NCBI GenBank assembly: GCA_003152165.1
Contig: PLZO01000034.1
Location: 2,264 to 66,263, forward strand
Length of the DNA: 64,000 bases
Direction of reading: 5' to 3'
DNA from: Chloroflexota bacterium
GTDB lineage: Bacteria > Chloroflexota > Limnocylindria > Limnocylindrales > CSP1-4
A program made the translations under genes and the position numbers. A model generated the notes under the pieces. That model saw only the letters and a program-made list of their open reading frames with translations, was not told where the DNA came from and made no database searches. Shown here in pieces: positions 57,735 to 64,000 of the stretch; within the stretch, counting starts at the first letter, position 1, and each line of letters begins with the position of its first letter.

Positions 57735-59816
57735 ATGAACAAAGAAGTCGAATTATTTCTACATCCAGCCCAGGTCCTGCGTCGTACCGAGGCTCTCGCG
57801 TCTCCGAGCCCAGTACCGACGGTCGGCGGTGTTTACGGCTGGTGGTTTCGAACCCTTCCAGCCCCGCTGGACACCGCTGCCTGCGCCACTCAGGATGGCC
57901 TGACCCTACTGTACGTGGGGATCAGCCCGACTATCCCGCCGGCGACGGGTCGGCCGGCCAGCCAGCAGACACTGCGAGCCAGGATCCGGACCCACTACAC
58001 CGGCAATGCTGAGGCTTCGACCCTCCGAAAGACATTGGGCTGCCTGCTGGCCGATGAGCTCGGCATCGAGCTCAGGCGTGTTGGCTCCGGCACTCGGATG
58101 ACCTTCCTGGCCGGCGAGGCCAACTTGTCAGCCTGGATGGCCGAGAACGCCCTCGTGAGCTGGGTCACGCACCCGAGTCCCTGGGAGTTCGAGGACGAGT
58201 TGATCGCAACCTTGGATCTCCCGCTCAACCTCCTTGGTAACTCTAGGCACGCCTTCCACCCAGAGCTATCCCAAATTCGGTCGGCCGCCGTCGGCCGAGC
58301 CAAGGCTCTGCCTGTGATCCCCAATCCGGGCGTAGGGGGTCACTTTGTGGAGGAGCCATCAGGGACTAGCAATCGCTTCGGGGCACGGATTGTCGCTGAC
58401 GGGGCAGGAGAAGATTGCGCTGCCCTCGGACGTCTGGTGCTAACGGGTGTGGCAGCTAGAGCAGATCGTGCCTCGATCGACGATTCGCGGCTCATGCTCG
58501 CCGCAGCTCTCCGAGCACTACGCCAGGACGAGCGGCGCATCGACATCCTCGTGACTCCTGCGGGCTTTGTCGAACGGAGCCTGGACGGGGCGTGGTCCGG
58601 CGAACAGGGCTGGGACTCGAGCCAGGCTGACTTCGATCGCCTTGCAACCAGTGCCGCGTCGGTCGCGACCGAGCTGATGACTCCTGACTTGTGCGAGTTG
58701 GCCCTCGAAGTGGTTGACCACATTGTGCTGGGGATCGACGTCTGGCCGACTGACGATCCCGAACTTCATGGTGAGGTCGCTTGCCTCTATGACGTCCAGA
58801 CGGGCGCCGTTCGCCCCGTCACAGGGAAGTCGTACCCAACCACGGGTCAGCAACGCGACCTCATTCGGAATCCCGGCGCGCAATCCCATGTCATTGAGGT
58901 TGGCGACGAGCGCCTGGCAATCTTGGTTTGCTTCGATCTGGCCGCCTGGAGCCCGCGAGCTAATGCCAACGCAAAAGGCATCCGGGCGGGCACCTGGCAG
59001 GCGATGCAGGAGGCCGTCTCTAAGTCCCGGCCCACCCTGGCCGTCCAGCTGCCGCACACGGTGAGTAACTCCCGAACGTGGACTGCCGCTTGGGCTGCGT
59101 TCGAACGAAATGCGGGACCGGAGTTCCGAGCAGGTACGACTGCAATTCGTCACCTCGACCAGCAGTACAAGCCCGTTCCTGGTCCATTCGATCCGACACT
59201 ATTGGAAGGATCGGGTACCGGTGAGCGCGTGGTGGATATTGTCGTCGGCGGCAGGATCGAAATGATGACCCCAGCTGGCTCGTCGAGTCGAGGGCGCCAG
59301 CCAGTCAAGCGGTCGTCGACTGCGTCACGAGCTCGCACGCCGGGCAGGAACCCTGAGCGTGGAGTCGGGCTCGCGCGCACCGCACTCGAAGTCTTCCAAG
59401 CACGAATCGGCGCGTATCCGGATGGGATCCGGATTAAGGAGCTCGCGGACGAGCTGGGTCGGGCGGACAAGCCAATCTTCGGCGCCCGCCCACTCGTGAC
59501 GCTGCAAAGTGCCCTCAATGCTTCGCAGGCGCACGGCGTCTGGCACCGCAAGGCGGGGGCACTCTGGGTTGCCGGCAGCGGAAACTCCAGGATGGAGAGT
59601 GGTCTGTCCGGGCGAGCCCTGGCGGAAGCCCTCTACGGTTTCGTGGTGGTGCACTATCCCGATCATATCTTCCACTACGGGAAGACCCTAGATGAACTCG
59701 AGCGTTCAGGGATAAAGGTCAGAGGGACGGGCAACACGATGCGAGCGGCCCTAGCTGGAGCGCCGAAACGCTTCGAGCACATCCCAGGTCGTAGCGGCAA
59801 CTGGCGCTGGAAGTAA
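57735..59816 (+). CDS. three-domain protein: GIY-YIG-like nuclease domain + carbon-nitrogen hydrolase-like domain + C-terminal HARE-HTH-like domain
   Basis: N-term GVYGWWF...LLYVGIS...LRARIRTHY...STLRKTLGCLL (GIY-YIG/T5orf172-like). Middle IDILVTPAGFV / TGKSYPT / RLAILVCFDLAAW resembles CN-hydrolase E-K-C triad positions with Glu replaced by Ala. C-term GIRIKELADELGRADKPIFGARPLVTLQSAL (HARE-HTH-like). Confidence 0.6.
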   Translation: MNKEVELFLHPAQVLRRTEALASPSPVPTVGGVYGWWFRTLPAPLDTAACATQDGLTLLYVGISPTIPPATGRPASQQTLRARIRTHYTGNAEASTLRKTLGCLLADELGIELRRVGSGTRMTFLAGEANLSAWMAENALVSWVTHPSPWEFEDELIATLDLPLNLLGNSRHAFHPELSQIRSAAVGRAKALPVIPNPGVGGHFVEEPSGTSNRFGARIVADGAGEDCAALGRLVLTGVAARADRASIDDSRLMLAAALRALRQDERRIDILVTPAGFVERSLDGAWSGEQGWDSSQADFDRLATSAASVATELMTPDLCELALEVVDHIVLGIDVWPTDDPELHGEVACLYDVQTGAVRPVTGKSYPTTGQQRDLIRNPGAQSHVIEVGDERLAILVCFDLAAWSPRANANAKGIRAGTWQAMQEAVSKSRPTLAVQLPHTVSNSRTWTAAWAAFERNAGPEFRAGTTAIRHLDQQYKPVPGPFDPTLLEGSGTGERVVDIVVGGRIEMMTPAGSSSRGRQPVKRSSTASRARTPGRNPERGVGLARTALEVFQARIGAYPDGIRIKELADELGRADKPIFGARPLVTLQSALNASQAHGVWHRKAGALWVAGSGNSRMESGLSGRALAEALYGFVVVHYPDHIFHYGKTLDELERSGIKVRGTGNTMRAALAGAPKRFEHIPGRSGNWRWK

Positions 59817-59834
59817 TGCAAGGCGGGGGGTCAT

Positions 59835-62800
59835 TTGCGCACTGTTGACGGCGAGGTTCTCTTCAGCCCGACCGACCTGGTCGGGTTTCTCGCCTGCGGC
59901 CACCTCACGCAGCTTGATCGAGCAAGCTTTGCCGGACTGATCGAGAAGTCCAAGAAGGTCGATGAGGAGCTGCAACTCCTCATCGATAAGGGCCGCGAGC
60001 ACGAGACGAGGTACTTGGGGCTGCTTGCGGCCGAAGGGCTCGGCGTTACCGATATCGACGACGGCGACCACTCGGCCGCCGGTCTCCTCGCGGCTCGCGA
60101 GCGGACCATCGAGGCGATGCATCGCGGGGACGATGTGATCTACCAGGCCACATTCATCGAGGGTGGCTGGTCAGGCCAGGCGGACTTTCTCCGTCGCATC
60201 GATCAGCCAGGGGCCCCTAGCCGTCTCGGGGCATGGATCTATGAGCCCGAGGACACCAAGCTCGCGCTATCGGCGAAAGCGGGAGCTCTCGTCCAGCTTC
60301 TGACCTACGCGAGGATGGTTGAGGCCGTCCAAGGAATTGCGCCCGAGCGTGTGCACGTTGTGCTCGGTCGGGCGGAGGTCACGAAGGCATCATTCCGAGT
60401 TGCTGACTACGGTGCTTATCACCGGCTCGTCACACGCAGGTTCGAGGACCTTGTCCTCCGCGGCGAGCCTCCTACCGCCGAACTCCTTCATGTGGTTCCT
60501 GATCCGGTCGAGCACTGTGGCGTTTGCTCTTGGGCTCAGCACTGCCGTGATTTGCGCTATCGAGCAGGCCACCTGTCGAGGGTCTCGTTCATCCGACGCG
60601 ACCAGATCGAGGATCTCCGTGCGGCCGGGATCCCCACGATATGGGTGCTGGGCGGGCTTGGCGATCCTCTTCCTCGGGTCAAAGGCATCGCCGTTGACGT
60701 CCTGGCCCGACTCCAGGACCAGGCGGGTATGCAGCTCGAAGAAGCCCGGACTCGCGTCCGGTTCCACAAGATCCTCGAACACCCCGAACCGCCGCCAGAA
60801 CGCGGCCTTCTCAGCCTCCCTGAGCCATCGCCACTCGACGTCTTCTTTGATTTTGAGGGCGACCGGTTCGCACTCGACGATGGCTTGGAGTACCTCTTTG
60901 GTTGGGTCGAAGCCCCCGGCCCTGGCACTGAGCCGGCGGACGCTGCCTTCAGCACGCTCTGGGCACACGACCGAGTGCAAGAGAAGCAGGCGCTCGAAGC
61001 CTTCGTCGACTACGTGTCCGAACGCCGAGTGCGCGACCCCGGAATGCATGTCTACCACTACGCGCCATATGAGCCGACCACCCTCCACCGGCTGACGCAG
61101 CTCCACGGGACGCGCCAGGAGGAGCTCGACGTTCTGCTCCGTGCTGGCGTGTTCGTCGACCTCTACCGAGTCGTGCGTCAGGGGGTCCGCGTTTCGTCCG
61201 AGTCGTATTCGATCAAACGTCTCGAGCCGCTCTACGCACTCACCCGTGACGCGGACGGGATCGCCAAGGCACTCTCGAGCATGATCGCTTACGAGCGCTG
61301 GCTGCGTGATCGAGACCAGGCGATCCTCGACGACATCGCCGACTACAACCGGGACGACTGCGTGTCGACCCTGATGCTGCGCGACTGGCTCGAGGAGCGC
61401 CGTATCGAGTTGATCCAACGGCTCGGCCGAGACCCAGGCCGGCCGGTCCCGGGCTCTAGTGAGCCGTCAGATGCGCTACGAGCGACCGATGACGAGACTG
61501 CCAGCGTACGCGCCGCGCTCACCGCCGACATTCCGCCGGAAACGCTGGACACAGACGCACTCGATCCCGAACGTCAGGCGCGACGCCTTCTTGCGAACCT
61601 GCTGGGTTGGCACCGGCGTGAAGCGCGGGCGGACTGGTTCGAATGGTTCCGCCTTCGCGACCTGGGCGCCGACGATCTCGTCCGTGACAGCACCGCGCTC
61701 GGCGTCAATGGCTTCGAGGGCCAGGTCGGGCTGGAGGCGAAGTCGAAGCTCTTCCGTTGGCTCTTCGATCCAGAGCAGGAAACGAAGCTTCGCGAAGGCG
61801 CAGAGGTCGTTGCCGCTCCCGGACTTGACCCGACCAACATGAGCACGATCGGCGTAGTCCGTCGCCTTGATCTTGACCTGGGTGTGATTGAGATCAAGAT
61901 CGGGCCGAAAAAGGAGCGCCTGGACCTGGACCAGATCACCGGATTCCTCCCCGATACGCCGTTCCGATCAGGCCCACAGTCCGATTCGGTCTTGGGGCTC
62001 GGCAAATGGGTCGTTGAAAACGCGATCGCCGCCGATGGGCCGAGTCGGGCGGTTCGCGACGTCCTACTCGATCGGCCACCGCGGATTTCTGGGATCACTC
62101 CCGGGGCGCCACTAGTCCCGGACGGTCACGCTCCCAACCTCGCGGCTCGCGAACTTGCGCTGGCTCTTGACCATTCGTATCTGGCGATTCAAGGTCCGCC
62201 GGGCTCGGGAAAGACGTATGTCGGGGCAGCTATCGTCCTCGACCTCGTGCGTCCGCGCCCGGGCCACCAGAGGCGGGTCGTGGGCATTACGGCGTTCAGC
62301 CACGCAGCGATTGGCAACCTGCTGGCGGAGATCGTCCGCCAATCGAAAGGGCAATCGCCCGTCCGGATTCTCCAGAAGGCCGGCGAGAACGAGTGGTGTC
62401 GACTCGACGCGGTCGAGTGTACGAACGACAACCAAGTAGTGGAAGCCCGCTTGGCCGCGGGGGATGTCGACATCGTCGCTGGGACCTCCTGGCTTTGGAG
62501 TCGGCCCGAGCTGGTCGAAGCGGTCGATACGCTCGTCGTCGACGAGGCGGGGCAGGTGTCGCTCGCGAACCTGGTTGCGTCCGGCCGGGCAGCCCGCAAC
62601 CTCGTCCTTCTTGGGGATCCCCAGCAGCTGTCACAGCCGGTCAAGGGAGCCCATCCTCCCGGCGCCGAGAAGAGCGCTCTCGAGCATGTCGTAGGGAATC
62701 ACGAGGCGATTCCGGCGGATCGCGGGGTGTTCCTCGCGACCACTCGCCGCCTTCACCCGTCGATTTGCTCGTTCACGTCAGAGCTCTTCTATGACGGACG

Positions 62801-63365
62801 GCTGAGGTCGATGGACGGTCTCGAGCTGCAGTCAATTCTTTCGGACGACCCAATCCTCGGTGGTGACGGGTTGCGGTGGGTCCCCGTGGAGCACGTCGGG
62901 CGGACGAACTTCTCGTCTGAGGAGGTCGACGTTGTTGCGTCGCTCGTCAGCGAGTTGCTTACCAAGAAGTGGCGCGACCGCGACAAGAATGTCCAGCCTA
63001 TTCAGCCGAAGGACATCCTCGTTGTCTCGCCGTACAACGCTCAAGTGGTGCTGCTGCACAAGGCGCTGCCGGCCCATGTCCGCGTCGGCACTGTCGACAA
63101 GTTCCAGGGCAAGGAAGCGCCGGTCGTCATTTATTCGATGGCGACGTCGACTCCGGACGACATGCCTCGCGACATGTCGTTTCTCTTTAGCCGGAACCGC
63201 TTCAACGTGGCCACATCGCGCGCCCAGGCCCACGTCATCCTTGTTTGCAACCCGGCGCTCCTCACCGTCCCCTGCAAAACCCCGGAGCAGATGCGTTTGG
63301 CGAACGTCCTTGCGCGTTTCGTCGAGCTGGCGGGCGAATCGGCTACACGAACCGATCCCACCTAA
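59835..63365 (+). CDS. TM0106-family RecB-like nuclease + RNase H-like domain + C-terminal Upf1/DNA2-like SF1 helicase (1176 aa)
   Basis: N-terminal Cas4/RecB-like PD-(D/E)xK with CxxC...C cluster, central ...VYHYAPYEPTTL... exonuclease-like fold, C-terminal AAA_11/AAA_12: QGPPGSGKTYV, DEAGQ, GDPQQL, VDKFQGKEAPVVIYS, RFNVATSRAQ. Confidence 0.85.
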   Translation: MRTVDGEVLFSPTDLVGFLACGHLTQLDRASFAGLIEKSKKVDEELQLLIDKGREHETRYLGLLAAEGLGVTDIDDGDHSAAGLLAARERTIEAMHRGDDVIYQATFIEGGWSGQADFLRRIDQPGAPSRLGAWIYEPEDTKLALSAKAGALVQLLTYARMVEAVQGIAPERVHVVLGRAEVTKASFRVADYGAYHRLVTRRFEDLVLRGEPPTAELLHVVPDPVEHCGVCSWAQHCRDLRYRAGHLSRVSFIRRDQIEDLRAAGIPTIWVLGGLGDPLPRVKGIAVDVLARLQDQAGMQLEEARTRVRFHKILEHPEPPPERGLLSLPEPSPLDVFFDFEGDRFALDDGLEYLFGWVEAPGPGTEPADAAFSTLWAHDRVQEKQALEAFVDYVSERRVRDPGMHVYHYAPYEPTTLHRLTQLHGTRQEELDVLLRAGVFVDLYRVVRQGVRVSSESYSIKRLEPLYALTRDADGIAKALSSMIAYERWLRDRDQAILDDIADYNRDDCVSTLMLRDWLEERRIELIQRLGRDPGRPVPGSSEPSDALRATDDETASVRAALTADIPPETLDTDALDPERQARRLLANLLGWHRREARADWFEWFRLRDLGADDLVRDSTALGVNGFEGQVGLEAKSKLFRWLFDPEQETKLREGAEVVAAPGLDPTNMSTIGVVRRLDLDLGVIEIKIGPKKERLDLDQITGFLPDTPFRSGPQSDSVLGLGKWVVENAIAADGPSRAVRDVLLDRPPRISGITPGAPLVPDGHAPNLAARELALALDHSYLAIQGPPGSGKTYVGAAIVLDLVRPRPGHQRRVVGITAFSHAAIGNLLAEIVRQSKGQSPVRILQKAGENEWCRLDAVECTNDNQVVEARLAAGDVDIVAGTSWLWSRPELVEAVDTLVVDEAGQVSLANLVASGRAARNLVLLGDPQQLSQPVKGAHPPGAEKSALEHVVGNHEAIPADRGVFLATTRRLHPSICSFTSELFYDGRLRSMDGLELQSILSDDPILGGDGLRWVPVEHVGRTNFSSEEVDVVASLVSELLTKKWRDRDKNVQPIQPKDILVVSPYNAQVVLLHKALPAHVRVGTVDKFQGKEAPVVIYSMATSTPDDMPRDMSFLFSRNRFNVATSRAQAHVILVCNPALLTVPCKTPEQMRLANVLARFVELAGESATRTDPT

Positions 63366-63426
63366 GGACTCGCCGAGAGCGCGGAACCTTGTACTCACCG
63401 GTCTCACCTGCACGTAGACTGCGAAT

Positions 63427-63864
63427 ATGGCCAGATACCCAGAACGCCCCCTTCCGTGGGTCTCGAAGCCCTATGGTCCTGACGAGGACGCTTGGGACGA
63501 GGCCAAGGACCAAGCCCGTCGTACCATCTATCGTTGGGCCGCCGAAGGCCGTTACGGCACATACACCGATCTCGTCCGCGAGGTCACCGCCATCGAGTGG
63601 CTGGATGGTGCATTTACCCACCACGGCACACAAATAGGAGTGCTCCTGGGACAGGTGTCGATGGAGGAGCTGGACCGAATCGAGGATCGTCCGCTGCTAT
63701 CTGCTCTCGTGGTTGGCAAGGAGGAGAGCATGCCAACAAGCGGCTTCTGGGGGATGCTCCAGGAGCTCGGTATCGAGGATCCGGCCACCGAAATGGGTAG
63801 GCTCGAATTCTGGTCGAATGAGGTTAAGTTGGCGTTGGGCTACTACGGCTCCCGCCTCCCGTGA
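63427..63864 (+). CDS. hypothetical protein
   Basis: 145-aa ORF co-oriented 62 nt after the RecB/SF1 gene. No recognised motif. Confidence 0.45.
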   Translation: MARYPERPLPWVSKPYGPDEDAWDEAKDQARRTIYRWAAEGRYGTYTDLVREVTAIEWLDGAFTHHGTQIGVLLGQVSMEELDRIEDRPLLSALVVGKEESMPTSGFWGMLQELGIEDPATEMGRLEFWSNEVKLALGYYGSRLP

Positions 63865-64000
63865 CAGCAGGGAGATCTCTTGGCGTCTTCGCGGTCGACA
63901 GTGGAACGCTGGGAGTCCGCGATCCGGCCAGGACAGGCCTCAAAGCGGAGTGGAGATGCCGAAACCAGATATAGCTTCGCGTGAGCTCCCGCTTGATGAG

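Noticed and set aside
1-64000. CRISPR arrays / cas genes
   Set aside because: No short regularly spaced direct repeats seen. The only repeats are the Ig-domain tandem repeat inside a CDS, the 52-bp gene-fragment duplicate and IS inverted repeats.

Overview
High-GC, actinobacterial-like chromosomal segment with a mosaic, accessory character. It opens with what appears to be the 3' domain of a tmRNA (T-arm, acceptor 3' strand and CCA ending about nt 313), a classic island-integration hotspot. From 0.3 to 29 kb it holds membrane proteins and lipoproteins, decayed IS110/IS630 transposase fragments, an APC permease/DmpA peptidase/formamidase set, a large secreted protein with Ig-like repeats, an orphan phage terminase pair, two MarR-controlled hydrolase modules (one flanked by direct repeats of a gene-3' fragment), and a putative creatininase/M24 creatinase-like/YheO regulator/permease/aminotransferase cluster. 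From about 30 kb to the window end lies a dense defence island. It contains a complete type I R-M operon (hsdM-hsdS-hsdR) preceded by an unusual 759-aa protein that fuses a methyltransferase-like domain (catalytic tetrad replaced by FPPI) to an HsdS-like TRD. A truncated YgjP/DUF45 gene and an internally deleted IS21 element with intact terminal inverted repeats follow. Next come a 990-aa GmrSD-like (DUF262/DUF1524) type IV restriction enzyme, then integrase and DUF3427 gene remnants. The island ends in a co-oriented, tightly packed array of about 19 kb (44.9-63.9 kb): a translationally coupled four-gene operon centred on a BrxD (DUF2791)-like P-loop ATPase but lacking any BREX core genes, an SNF2 helicase-Mrr nuclease fusion, an unknown 418-aa protein, a 648-aa double-HKD PLD nuclease, a 1111-aa SNF2-like helicase, a GIY-YIG/CN-hydrolase-like/HARE-HTH-like protein and a 1176-aa RecB-like nuclease-SF1 helicase. 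The BrxD-like operon plus the downstream nuclease/helicase genes do not match any defence system I can name with confidence. They are the best candidate for an undescribed system. No CRISPR array or rRNA was seen. All domain calls are from reading the translated ORFs against motifs I know. No database search was run.
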